A stretch of 64,000 nt of DNA, taken from assembly GCA_029260035.1 (NCBI GenBank), contig JAJDEA010000079.1, positions 4,803 to 68,802 of the forward strand, in the 5' to 3' direction. Positions 28,691-38,754 of this stretch are shown here, in pieces. The notes under the pieces are model-generated. The model ran no database searches, was not told the origin of the DNA, and saw nothing but the letters and a program-made list of their open reading frames with translations. The stretch's first letter is position 1. Each line of letters starts with the position of its first letter. Made by a program: the position numbers and the translations under genes. Source of the stretch: Phycisphaerae bacterium. GTDB lineage: Bacteria; Planctomycetota; Phycisphaerae; UBA1845.

Positions 28691-31105
28691 ATGTCTCATG
28701 CTCGATTCGCCCGCCTAAGTCTGTTACTGATTGCATCGCTTATCGCAAGCTGTACTCCCAATGCAATGCAACAAGCTGATTCCGATGGTGTAATGGATGA
28801 TGGCGAAATCGCTTCGGGAATTGCCGCCAAAATGGGCGATCCTCTTCCCAGTGCCACAATGGAACAACTGGCCACCTTTGATCGTGGCAAAAGTGTTTTT
28901 CTCAAACGATTCGGCATCGCAGACGGGCTAGGCCCGGCGTTTAACGTCAACTCTTGTGGCGCTTGCCACGAAAGGCCAACTCCAGGCGGAAGTGCTGGAC
29001 TGTACCGCAATTTCTTTCTCGCCGGTCGACTTACCGAGGAAGAACTTTTCGTGCCCAGCGATTCGGCAGGCATGGCTGGTGGAGTACTTCGGGTCTACAG
29101 CTACGGCGGCCCGCTGAGTCGACCGAGGATTCCCTCCGACACAACAATTTTCGCTCAAAGAAACCCCATTCCAATGTTTGGTGTCGGACTTCTGGCAGAG
29201 ATAAGTGATGAGGAGATCCTCTCGCGCGCCGATCCCGACGATTCAGATGGCGACGGCATTAGTGGCCGACCCAATTTCGATCGGGAATTCGTTGGTCGGT
29301 TTGGGCGAAAATCTCAGACCGTTTCCATTGAAGGGTTTATACGTGGCCCACTGTTCAATCATCTCGGGGTCACAACCGATACGCTAACGAACGAAGAACG
29401 ATCACGCCTTCCGGTCGATAGCTCCACTCAAGAAGTTCTTAAAGCTGTCAGTAAGATTGACTTTCCAGGCAAATCCGGTCCACATATGCAGGTTTCTGCG
29501 CCAGAATCTCCGACCACAGATGATGACGGCATTAGCGGCTTCGAAATGACCAACGAAGAACTGTTCGACTTGATTAGCTTCACCATGCTCTTGGCGGCCC
29601 CAGAGCTGGAGGAACCTACAGAACAAAGTAACCGAGGGCGCCTTCTTTTTCACGATGCTGGTTGTTCCGCTTGCCATGTGGCGCGGCTGAATGGCCCACG
29701 TGGTCCCCTGCCCGTTTACTCCGATTTACTCTTGCATGATATGGGCGCCGAGTTGGCAGACGGGATCGTTCAAGGCGAGGCGACCGGTTCCGAATTTCGA
29801 ACTCAACCTCTATGGGGTGTGTCAGCGGTTGGCCCCTACCTTCATGATGGCAGGGCCGAGACGTTGCAGGAAGCGATCCTGGCGCACGGCGGTGAAGCAT
29901 TGGTTTCTCGAAATATATTCGCGGAGTTTTCGCAACAGGAATCTGAAGACCTTATAGAGTTCCTGCTATCGCTCGGAGGGCGTGATCAGTTCTCCACCGG
30001 GCTACTCGAACCGGATGCAGAAGTTCCCGCGGTTGGTGTATACGGAGGACCCGTGTCGGTTCTGGACGGCGAGAATATGGCACGGTTCATTAGAGGACGC
30101 GAGGTGTTCGATCGTGATTTTGGGTACGACACCGGCGTGGGGGCCTTAGAAGGAGCGGACCTGACGCCGCGGTTTAATGGTGATAGTTGCCGAGCGTGTC
30201 ACTTCGACCCAGTCCTGGGAGGCAGCGGCCCCCGTGATGTGAATGTCATGCGACACGGCACAAGTAATGTTGACGGGAGTTTCTTGAACCCTTCTACGAC
30301 ACCCAATACGATCTTGCACAAACAGATTCTAATTGCCGCGAGTCTGCCCGAACCTGAATCGGGAATCAACGTATTTGAGCATCGTCAAACGCCACATGTC
30401 TTCGGGCTGGGTCTGATTGACTCTATTTCCGAAGAAACTATTCGTTCCAACGAAGACCCGACAGATATCGATAGCGACGGCATTAGCGGGCGGGCGCATG
30501 TGCTTGCCGACGGGAGAATCGGCCGTCTTGGCTGGAAGGCGCAGGTACCCAACGTCGCCGAATTTGTCCGGGATGCTATGGCCGCAGAGATCGGCCTTAC
30601 GCTTCCATCGCAGACGGGTCTCAGTTTCGGAATCACTACCGACAATGATGGCGTGGCGGACCCGGAACTGAGCATCGAGGAAACGGAAGACTTGGCATTT
30701 TTCCTTTCAATGCTCGGGCCACCCCCTCGTCAGGATGCCAATGATGTGACGCTAGTCGCGACTGGCGAGACGTTATTCACGATGATTGGCTGCGCAAAGT
30801 GTCACATGCCGTCGCTTCCGGGAGCCATGGGCGATGTGCCACTTTATTCGGATCTACTTCTTCACGACATCCTGGCGATCGGAACGCCGGGAATTGAAGA
30901 CGGCGACGCATCGCAGACCGAGTTTAGAACAGCACCTCTTTGGGGACTGAGTCAGACCGCCCCCTATCTTCATTCCGGCTTAGCTGACACGATCGACGAA
31001 GCAATTGTGCTTCACAGTGGAGAAGCGGCAGGATCTCGCGTGCAGTATTTGTTACTGTCTGCGACGGAAAAGGAAGCCCTTCTTGCTTTCCTGGAAACGC
31101 TCTGA
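28691..31105 (+). CDS. Lipoprotein with two tandem di-heme cytochrome-c (DUF1111/CCP-like) modules and thrombospondin-type-3-like Ca-binding repeats
   Basis: 804 aa. Lipobox LIASC. Four CxxCH motifs (CGACH, CSACH, CRACH, CAKCH). Each half carries LLLHDMG...PLWG...YLHDG/SGRA.T..EAI..HGGEA. Acidic repeats DPDDSDGDGISG, DDDGISG, DIDSDGISG, DNDGVADPE. Confidence 0.7.
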   Translation: MSHARFARLSLLLIASLIASCTPNAMQQADSDGVMDDGEIASGIAAKMGDPLPSATMEQLATFDRGKSVFLKRFGIADGLGPAFNVNSCGACHERPTPGGSAGLYRNFFLAGRLTEEELFVPSDSAGMAGGVLRVYSYGGPLSRPRIPSDTTIFAQRNPIPMFGVGLLAEISDEEILSRADPDDSDGDGISGRPNFDREFVGRFGRKSQTVSIEGFIRGPLFNHLGVTTDTLTNEERSRLPVDSSTQEVLKAVSKIDFPGKSGPHMQVSAPESPTTDDDGISGFEMTNEELFDLISFTMLLAAPELEEPTEQSNRGRLLFHDAGCSACHVARLNGPRGPLPVYSDLLLHDMGAELADGIVQGEATGSEFRTQPLWGVSAVGPYLHDGRAETLQEAILAHGGEALVSRNIFAEFSQQESEDLIEFLLSLGGRDQFSTGLLEPDAEVPAVGVYGGPVSVLDGENMARFIRGREVFDRDFGYDTGVGALEGADLTPRFNGDSCRACHFDPVLGGSGPRDVNVMRHGTSNVDGSFLNPSTTPNTILHKQILIAASLPEPESGINVFEHRQTPHVFGLGLIDSISEETIRSNEDPTDIDSDGISGRAHVLADGRIGRLGWKAQVPNVAEFVRDAMAAEIGLTLPSQTGLSFGITTDNDGVADPELSIEETEDLAFFLSMLGPPPRQDANDVTLVATGETLFTMIGCAKCHMPSLPGAMGDVPLYSDLLLHDILAIGTPGIEDGDASQTEFRTAPLWGLSQTAPYLHSGLADTIDEAIVLHSGEAAGSRVQYLLLSATEKEALLAFLETL

Positions 31106-31325
31106 TCAATAGCTGATTGCCGCATATTAGGCTCTGTGCGACATCGATCAGTGCAATCTGTCAGCGATTGAGTCCGTTGTTGCAAGCGAGAATTCGAAAA
31201 AAGAATAATCCCTAGCCGCTACGTCCAGAACGTCGGCAACGGTACTATGCCTACGTTGCTTTCGTTAATCAAGGCGTGATTGCATGAGGAATAGCATCTT
31301 GAACGTTCATAGTTATCCTTGACTG

Positions 31326-32675
31326 TTACGCACTCGCATCTTCAAGACTTGGCGTGTCGTTTTTATTGTTGTGCTTGCTCATTTTGTCAGAGATGTTCTT
31401 TGTAAAGCCCTTAAGGTCAATGCCAATAATTGACTCAATGACGGCGAGTGATTCCGTCAGCGATTTGGCGCGAGACATGGCAGCCCCAGCTATGGCTTCA
31501 CCACGCCCGCTATCAATGACGGTAACTTCGCCAAGCGAAATATCACTTACGCTTTTAGAAACCTCAGCTACAACATGAGGCAACGCTTCTACTAACATAA
31601 CTTGGATAGCATCAGGGTATTTATGGATCGATTGGCCGATGAGTTCAACTGCGGCCGCACGGGCCTTGCCTTCCTCAAGCACATTAGCCGCTTCGCCTTG
31701 CGCCCTGGCTAAAGCCACATCACGCTCGGCATTGGCTGCTTGAACTGAGGTTGCATTAAGCCTAGCCTCTTCAGATTTTGCAGCCGCCTCTTGTTGTTCA
31801 GTTTCTTTGAATGCTGCTTCACGGGCTAATTCTGCCACGCGGATGCGCAGTTCATTTTTCGATTCGGCAATGGACTTATCTGCGGAGAGCCTAGCTTGTT
31901 CGGCGCTTTGCCTGGAAAGTGCTTCTGCCGTTTTGGCTTCCGCATCTCGTTCTGCAGCAGCACGTCTCGATGCTGCGGAGGCTTCCGCCTCTTTAATCGC
32001 AGCTTCCGATTGTTGTTGAGCCTCTGTTCGTCGAGCCTGCGAAAGCACTTCTGCACTCGCTTTTCTGGCGATTGATTCGAGGTATTCGCGATCGTCATGC
32101 ACGTTTTGGATATTTACGCTATCGATGATCATTCCCAGTTTTCTAAAATCGTCAGACACCTCGTTCAGAATGGTTTCGACGAATTTGTCCCGGTCTTCAA
32201 CAATTTCCTCTGGGGTCATTTTGCCGATGACGGCGCGTAAACCACCTTCGAGCGTTTCTCTGGATACTCGTTGCAGCTCATCTGACGGTTGATCGAGAAA
32301 TCGTTCAATCGCGTTTGGTCTTTCTGCCGGATCAGATGAGACCTTTACATTAGCAACACCGTTTACGGTGATCGGTACCATCGTTCCACCACCCGCCTGG
32401 GCGCTTACCTCTAAAGAAACTTGCATATTATGAAGACTCAGACGGGACACTTTTTCGATAATAGGGATGACCATGGTTCGCCCGCCAATGAGCGTACGAT
32501 AGCCCAAGCCATCTTTCTGTCGTTTCCCGCTTATGATTAGCATCTCGCTCGGATTGCCGACGATCATCAATTTAGCGACTAATACAACAACGGCCACAAT
32601 GATAACGAGTAATGCGATCCCAATAACAATTGCTGCATTGAGACTGCTGGCTTGACTAAGTATGGCGGTGTTCAT
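31326..32675 (-). CDS. Flotillin-like SPFH/band-7 protein
   Basis: 449 aa. N-terminal TM. SPFH domain. Long Ala/Glu-rich coiled-coil (EAAAKSEEARLNATSVQAANAERDVALARAQGEA). Confidence 0.8.
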   Translation of the reverse strand: MNTAILSQASSLNAAIVIGIALLVIIVAVVVLVAKLMIVGNPSEMLIISGKRQKDGLGYRTLIGGRTMVIPIIEKVSRLSLHNMQVSLEVSAQAGGGTMVPITVNGVANVKVSSDPAERPNAIERFLDQPSDELQRVSRETLEGGLRAVIGKMTPEEIVEDRDKFVETILNEVSDDFRKLGMIIDSVNIQNVHDDREYLESIARKASAEVLSQARRTEAQQQSEAAIKEAEASAASRRAAAERDAEAKTAEALSRQSAEQARLSADKSIAESKNELRIRVAELAREAAFKETEQQEAAAKSEEARLNATSVQAANAERDVALARAQGEAANVLEEGKARAAAVELIGQSIHKYPDAIQVMLVEALPHVVAEVSKSVSDISLGEVTVIDSGRGEAIAGAAMSRAKSLTESLAVIESIIGIDLKGFTKNISDKMSKHNNKNDTPSLEDASA

Positions 32676-32703
32676 GAAATTCCTCCTTGGTATACTTTTC
32701 TGT

Positions 32704-33300
32704 TCAGCTATGGTTGTTAAGAAATTCGTATTCTTCTTGAGAGATCACTTCGCCGATGCCGTTGCGATAATCTACGATTGCCACTGTGTCACCCACGTTG
32801 AAATTCATATCAGTTTGCTTAGACATGGCCGGTACGAAGCGTTGCGAGCGACCCACATGCAACACGATTTCCCCTTTCTTAGGCGGGATGATAGCGATGG
32901 TCACCCGAGCGAGTTTGTTGATGTAATCTTTGGTATGCGGCGTGCTGTCACCAGAATGTTTGTTGAGAGATTTTATCAATTGATGAACGCTCTGGCCTAC
33001 AATACAACCGCCCACCAATGACCAAGCAGCAATCCACGGTGGACCAACAGATGTCAGATGCGTCAATGAAACACCGATGACACCAAACATGGCCGCGAAA
33101 TAAACGACGAATCGCATCGAAAACCAAGAAGCCAAGTCCGTGGCGCTATCATGATCGGCGTCTACGCCAATATCGACATCTATATCAGAATCAACGTCGA
33201 TGTCGCTGCTCAGATCACCATCAGTATCACCCCCAGTAACGACGGAAATAATCAGCAAGCCACCACCAACAATTAAGCAAATCCAATAAACAGTAGTCAT
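32704..33300 (-). CDS. NfeD-like membrane protein (flotillin partner)
   Basis: TM segments followed by a C-terminal OB-fold-like region GEIVLHVGRSQRFVPAMS...GDTVAIVDYRNGIGEV. Lies 28 bp upstream of the flotillin gene. The start is likely the internal Met; the ORF extends to 33411. Confidence 0.6.
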   Translation of the reverse strand: MTTVYWICLIVGGGLLIISVVTGGDTDGDLSSDIDVDSDIDVDIGVDADHDSATDLASWFSMRFVVYFAAMFGVIGVSLTHLTSVGPPWIAAWSLVGGCIVGQSVHQLIKSLNKHSGDSTPHTKDYINKLARVTIAIIPPKKGEIVLHVGRSQRFVPAMSKQTDMNFNVGDTVAIVDYRNGIGEVISQEEYEFLNNHS

Positions 33301-33617
33301 CGCTGATAGCGGACTATTTTCCGCTAATAGATAAGAAATGTTCACGATTATACCTCCTTGCTCAAAGCGACAGACTGCCAGTAAGAACTGACTATTCCAG
33401 CAGCGCCACACTAATAGTTCTACATCTTGTCCATCGCGGCGCCTATTCTAATTGTTTGGAAATTTTCGAATCTACCATGTGTAAACATGTTGGCGTTCGA
33501 TTTTTTTGGCAGGCAGGATGGGTTTGAGCGTTCGCCTGTCTAAATGACCAACGAATGCCGCGATCTGATCCCAGGTTTTGTTTTTGTGCCACGAGTGTTG
33601 TGACGGAATCGCCACCG

Positions 33618-34496
33618 TTAGAGTTTCGCACCGCAGTACTTGCAGTATTTGGCGTCCGCGTCATGTCCCTCCGTCGAGCACTGCGGGCACGCCTGCGTAC
33701 TTACCTGCCCCTTTGTCGCATTTGATAGCTCAACCGTGACAATGCCCGTGGGAACTGCAATGATCGAATAACCCATGATCATCACAATGCTGGCGAGCAT
33801 CTGGCCCAGCACCGTCGTCGGGGCGATGTCGCCGTAGCCGACCGTAGTAAGCGTTACGATTGCCCAGTAAACACCGCGGGGGATGCTGTCGAATCCGTTC
33901 GCCTCCCCCTCGATCAGGTACATGAGAGTACCCACAATCAGCACCAGCGTTGCCACCGTGCCGAGGAACACGGTGATCTTCTGCCGACTGGCTCGCAATG
34001 CCTGGCCGAGCACGCGGGACTCCTCGACAAAACGAACCAGCTTGAGCACGCGAAACACCCGTAGCAATCGCAGGGCTCGAATAACCAACAGCGTTTGGGC
34101 ACCGGGTAACAACACGCTCAAATAGGTCGGTACGATTGCGAGCAAGTCCACCACGCCGAAGAAGCTGCCCGCGTACCGCAGTGGCCGACCGACACTGATC
34201 AACCGCAAGACATACTCAACGGTAAACAGAATCGTGAAGGCCCATTCTGTGGCACGAAGAAACCATGCGTAGCGCTCGCGAACAGATTCTACGCTCTCAA
34301 ACAGCACCGCCAGCACACTGAGCACGATGCACCAAAGCAATAGTACATCGAATGCACGTCCCGCCGCCGTGTCGGCTTCGAAAATAACTTCGTGCAAGCG
34401 GCCCCGCCACGCCGGATGCGGTGGTTGATCTCGTTGGACCGTCATACAAAACAGTCTAGCCCGCTTCACCCGACTCACCAACTCCTTGGCTTTCAC
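33618..34496 (-). CDS. Voltage-gated K+ channel (Kv-type, 6TM) with a C-terminal zinc-ribbon
   Basis: S4-like RALRLLRVFRVLKLVRF. Selectivity filter TVGYGD. C-terminal CPQCSTEGHDADAKYCKYCGAKL. Confidence 0.8.
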   Translation of the reverse strand: MKAKELVSRVKRARLFCMTVQRDQPPHPAWRGRLHEVIFEADTAAGRAFDVLLLWCIVLSVLAVLFESVESVRERYAWFLRATEWAFTILFTVEYVLRLISVGRPLRYAGSFFGVVDLLAIVPTYLSVLLPGAQTLLVIRALRLLRVFRVLKLVRFVEESRVLGQALRASRQKITVFLGTVATLVLIVGTLMYLIEGEANGFDSIPRGVYWAIVTLTTVGYGDIAPTTVLGQMLASIVMIMGYSIIAVPTGIVTVELSNATKGQVSTQACPQCSTEGHDADAKYCKYCGAKL

Positions 34497-34692
34497 ATGA
34501 CCGTTCCCCCCAGCCTAATCCAAGCATAGGATTTGCGGATGCGTGCGAGTTAATCTACGGCATCTTGCTTGATTTGTTCCGCTTGAGTGAGATCCATGGT
34601 TCCGAGTCCTTTGATGTACGACTTGCCTTTCCATTTCCATGAAAGTTCGTATGTGCCGCTGGCTCGTTTTCGTGGGAATGCCATGTATGAGT

Positions 34693-35775
34693 TCACTCGC
34701 CGATATGGACTTTCATGCCGGTCAATCTTTCAAGCCCCTTGGCATAGGCTTCGAGCGGTTCCATACCCATTTGGTTACGCCACTCGTCAACACGTGTGCG
34801 ATCTTCGAGCCGACCGATCGTCTGGCTGCCGTCGGGGTTGGGCTGCGCCTGGCTTCCGTAGCGTTGCTTTTGCCCAAGCGATATGTGTAATCGGTCGTAG
34901 AGCAGTGCGTAGGATTGGCCCAGCTCGCGGTTGTGCTTCACCTCCAACGCCATACACGGAAGAACGGTTCGCATCAACCGAATGCTGCCGCTGTGCTGCA
35001 CGATAAGGAAAGCGCCGTGTCGTGTTTCGGGTCCGAAGCGAGCCTTGGACAACCAGCCCACATCTTGAATCAGCTCGACCATGCGTTTTGTATTTTCCTG
35101 ATCGACAGAGACCATGGCCTTTATAGCGGCTTCATCGAAACCGGACTTGGATCTCACGGCTTGGTCCTGCTCCATTCGCCGAGCGATTTCTTTTTGGATG
35201 ACAGCGTGTTCGGCATCATCCGGTTGACGCGAACCTAATTCGTAGGCGTCGAGACGCACAGAGTCTGGAATCTCATCGAGGCGTCGGTATCTTACGATGA
35301 AGTCTGTGGACGGTATGCGCATTACGAGCATGCCATCCTCAAGTGTAAACCCACCGGGTAGTGCCAATCCTGTGAAGGCATCCGTTCGCCGCGCCATTCC
35401 GCCTTCATACCGAATGTTAGAAACCATCTGATGACCATCAGACACAATAACACATAGATCGCCGTCGAAATAAAGAACTTGATCGAGTTCCGCGAGCCGC
35501 TTCGCTACGACATCCATCCTCATCCCTCGAAACGCGGGCTTCTCGCTGGCGTCATCTAGATTGGTCTTGGAATCGCGTTCCACATCAAGCTGCGGTTTTT
35601 CTCTAATGCTGCGCCACGCGCCGCCGATGCTGCGACGTAATTTTTCATCGTTACCGGTGGCACGCTCCTTTGCCGATGACACGGATGAAATGAAGATCAA
35701 ACCGTATAGAAGGGCGATTCCGCCAAGTCCCGCATATTTCATTCCATACTTCCTTTTCAAATCCATATACCGCAT
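34693..35775 (-). CDS. Hypothetical secreted protein
   Basis: 360 aa ORF with an N-terminal signal-like segment. No recognisable family. Confidence 0.45.
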   Translation of the reverse strand: MRYMDLKRKYGMKYAGLGGIALLYGLIFISSVSSAKERATGNDEKLRRSIGGAWRSIREKPQLDVERDSKTNLDDASEKPAFRGMRMDVVAKRLAELDQVLYFDGDLCVIVSDGHQMVSNIRYEGGMARRTDAFTGLALPGGFTLEDGMLVMRIPSTDFIVRYRRLDEIPDSVRLDAYELGSRQPDDAEHAVIQKEIARRMEQDQAVRSKSGFDEAAIKAMVSVDQENTKRMVELIQDVGWLSKARFGPETRHGAFLIVQHSGSIRLMRTVLPCMALEVKHNRELGQSYALLYDRLHISLGQKQRYGSQAQPNPDGSQTIGRLEDRTRVDEWRNQMGMEPLEAYAKGLERLTGMKVHIGE

Positions 35776-36140
35776 GATCCTACACGTAGCCCGAAGTCGT
35801 TCTTGGGGTCAGGTTATGATTGTTGGGTCATTGGGGCGTCTGCGAGCGTGCATGCAGGACGTACTATTCCTTGGCTGTGAGGATAACGAAAAAGCCTGGC
35901 CGAGGCTGACGACGCCCAAGGACTTGCTACCATATAAGATGCGCATTACTCATATCCGCTTCCGGGACCGAAACCATATTTTGGCGTTCCGGCATACACT
36001 CTTGCAAGAAAGAGTCTCGTTGACCCGCATCTTAACCTGAATCAACGGGGTGGCCAAAGGGTGGCGCAATGAAGCCTAAAACAAAAGGGACCTGCGGCCA
36101 AGAAATCCGCAAGTCCCTTTCGTTTATGCGTTTAGATGAT

Positions 36141-36215
<75 letters not shown>

Positions 36216-36507
36216 TAATTAGATGCGACTTCCGCTCGCACCAAACAGTATCTTACTACACAATAACGCTTGGCTCAAAGGGTCTGTTCAAGTAATATGA
36301 GCGATTCTCTGCTCCACAAACGACGTTCCGGATGATTCGCTGCCCCTCGAGTGGGCCGGAACCTCGTACATGGAGGTCGCGTGCGGCTCTAAAGATACAC
36401 TCAGTGTATTTTATGAAGCCGGGCGAATGTGTGCGAGTTTGGATGGGCATGGTTGAGAACGGCGAGGTTGCGTTCCAGATTTCATTTATGCTCGCGCGTG
36501 CGAATTT

Positions 36508-37326
36508 ATGAAAGATCCCCAATCGGACAAGTCATTCTCTGGGTCGATTCCCGAGCTATACGACACCTACCTCACCCCACTCATTTTCGAACCTTATGCT
36601 CAACACCTTGCACTGCGTGTGAGCGAGGAATCGGTATCGCGTGTGCTGGAGATTGCTGCCGGAACGGGTGTCGTCACTCGGGCGATGGTCGACGAGTTGG
36701 GACCAGGTGTGCCCATCTTTGCAACAGACCTTAATCAACCGATGCTGGACTATGGGGCTACGGTTCGGGCCGACCCGAACGTGGTTTGGCGACAAGCCGA
36801 TGCTCTGGCACTGCCTTTCGAGGACGAATCGTTTGATGCAGTCGTATGCCAGTTCGCCGTTATGTTTTTCCCGGATCGCGCGAAGGCTTACTCTGAGGCA
36901 CGTCGAGTGCTCAAACGAGGAGGACAATACCACTTTAACGTGTGGGACAACATTGAGGAAAACGAGTTTGCGGACACCGTAACGAACTCGCTCGCTGATG
37001 TGTTTCCAACTTCTCCGCCGCGCTTCCTCGCCAGAACACCGCATGGGTATTCCAATATCGACGAAATTGCATCCGATTTGAAAAAGGGTGGATTTACGGC
37101 AACGCCGAGTTTCGATACGGTGGAAGCACGAAGCAAGGCCTCACACCCATCGATTCCTGCAATTGCTTACTGCCAAGGAACGCCACTTCGCAACGAGATT
37201 GAAGCCCAAGATGCATCACTATTGGAGCATGCGACAGGCGTAGCGGCCTCTGCCATAGCGAAGCATTTCGGAACGGGAGTTGTGGACGGCAAGATTCAGG
37301 CTCATGTCATATCGATCCGAGCCTAG
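36508..37326 (+). CDS. Class I SAM-dependent methyltransferase
   Basis: Motif I VLEIAAGTGVVT, acidic DLNQPML, motif LKRGGQYHF. Confidence 0.7.
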   Translation: MKDPQSDKSFSGSIPELYDTYLTPLIFEPYAQHLALRVSEESVSRVLEIAAGTGVVTRAMVDELGPGVPIFATDLNQPMLDYGATVRADPNVVWRQADALALPFEDESFDAVVCQFAVMFFPDRAKAYSEARRVLKRGGQYHFNVWDNIEENEFADTVTNSLADVFPTSPPRFLARTPHGYSNIDEIASDLKKGGFTATPSFDTVEARSKASHPSIPAIAYCQGTPLRNEIEAQDASLLEHATGVAASAIAKHFGTGVVDGKIQAHVISIRA

Positions 37327-37539
37327 CCACCCTGACGTCAGATGCCCCTGTTCGCACTGGACCTATTCAAACTCGAAGAGCTTCAGGCAGTATTTCTTCC
37401 ATGCCCAGCAACGCTTTCTAGCGTCAGAAGGCAACCACTGGACACATTATGAGTTCTTGGGGTAGTATCAATCGACTCAAGATGGATTATGCCTCTGGTC
37501 GGTTCGAGGTGCATAAGCCGTCTGCGAGAGAGCATGTAC

Positions 37540-37612
37540 GCGGGCGTAGCTCAATTGGTAGAGCATCAGCCTTCCAAGCTGAATGTTGACGGTTCGAGTC
37601 CGTTCGCCCGCT
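37540..37612 (+). tRNA. tRNA-Gly (anticodon TCC)
   Basis: GCGGGCG-TA-GCTC-AATTGGTA-GAGC-A-TCAGC-CTTCCAA-GCTGA-ATGTT-GACGG-TTCGAGT-CCGTT-CGCCCGC-T. Confidence 0.85.
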
Positions 37613-38001
37613 TTGTTGTTCAGCGTCGTTTGTCCTGCATATCGCCGCTTTTTCTAGGGTAGAACACGCTCCCGGCGCTGGCGTGGTTTGCCGAGGTTGA
37701 CCGCACGACGGTGTATCACTTCGCGCCGTTTCGCGCGCCAACTGCGGAGGTGTCTGGCGCTCTCGATTTTCATCAGTTTTGCCATAAGTTCCCGTCGCAG
37801 TTTCAATTCCATCGAGAACAGGTCATGATGAGGAAAGACTAGTATAAACATTGGCACCACGTTTGGGGCAGGTCAACATGATGGAGACATCGGTGTATCT
37901 TAAGGACTGATATCGGTATAGGAGTTAGAATCATAGAGAATGGAATGCGGTTCTTGCCATGCAAGTAATCGCACGATTGGCCTATCTGTTACTCACGATT
38001 C

Positions 38002-38754
38002 ATGTTTGATCTGCGAAGCATCTCGAAACGATATGACGCGACCGAGGCGGTGCGCGCAATCGACCTGGTGGTCGAGCCGGAAAAGACCACCGTGCTCATC
38101 GGCCCGAGCGGCTGTGGAAAGTCCACGCTATTGCGTTTGATGAATGGGCTGATTCGTCCCGACGCCGGAAGCGTTCAATTCGAAGGCGAGACCTTGTTAC
38201 CCGAAAACGCCATGCAGCTGCGCCGCAAGATGGGCTACGTCATCCAGGACGGCGGACTATTCCCCCATCTGACCGGCCGCGACAACGCCGCACTGGTCGC
38301 GCGCCATCTTGGATGGGATGCAAAACGAATCACTGCTCGACTTGACGAACTGATCGAGCTGACCCATTTCCCGGCTGACGGGCTCGATCGCTATCCAGCA
38401 CAGCTCTCCGGCGGCCAGCGCCAGCGCGTCAGCCTCATGCGAGCCTTGATGCTTGATCCGGACGTGCTGCTGATGGACGAACCACTGGGCGCTCTTGACC
38501 CCATGATCCGCAGCAACCTTCAGGCGGAGCTTCGTACGATCTACCGAGCGCTCGGAAAGACCGTCGTCATGGTTACCCACGATCTGGGCGAGGCCGGTTT
38601 CTTCGGCGATACGATCGTCCTGATGCGCGAGGGCCGGATCGTGCAAGTCGGCCCATTCGGCGACCTGCTCAATTCCCCAGCCGAGGCATTTGTTACGGAG
38701 TTTGTCAATGCACAGCGGGGCCTGCTGGGAGTCTCAGAGGAGGCAGCGCAGTGA
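38002..38754 (+). CDS. Quaternary-amine (betaine/osmoprotectant-type) ABC transporter ATP-binding protein
   Basis: Walker A GPSGCGKST. Signature LSGGQRQRV. Walker B LLMDEP. 4-bp overlap with the next gene. Confidence 0.85.
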   Translation: MFDLRSISKRYDATEAVRAIDLVVEPEKTTVLIGPSGCGKSTLLRLMNGLIRPDAGSVQFEGETLLPENAMQLRRKMGYVIQDGGLFPHLTGRDNAALVARHLGWDAKRITARLDELIELTHFPADGLDRYPAQLSGGQRQRVSLMRALMLDPDVLLMDEPLGALDPMIRSNLQAELRTIYRALGKTVVMVTHDLGEAGFFGDTIVLMREGRIVQVGPFGDLLNSPAEAFVTEFVNAQRGLLGVSEEAAQ

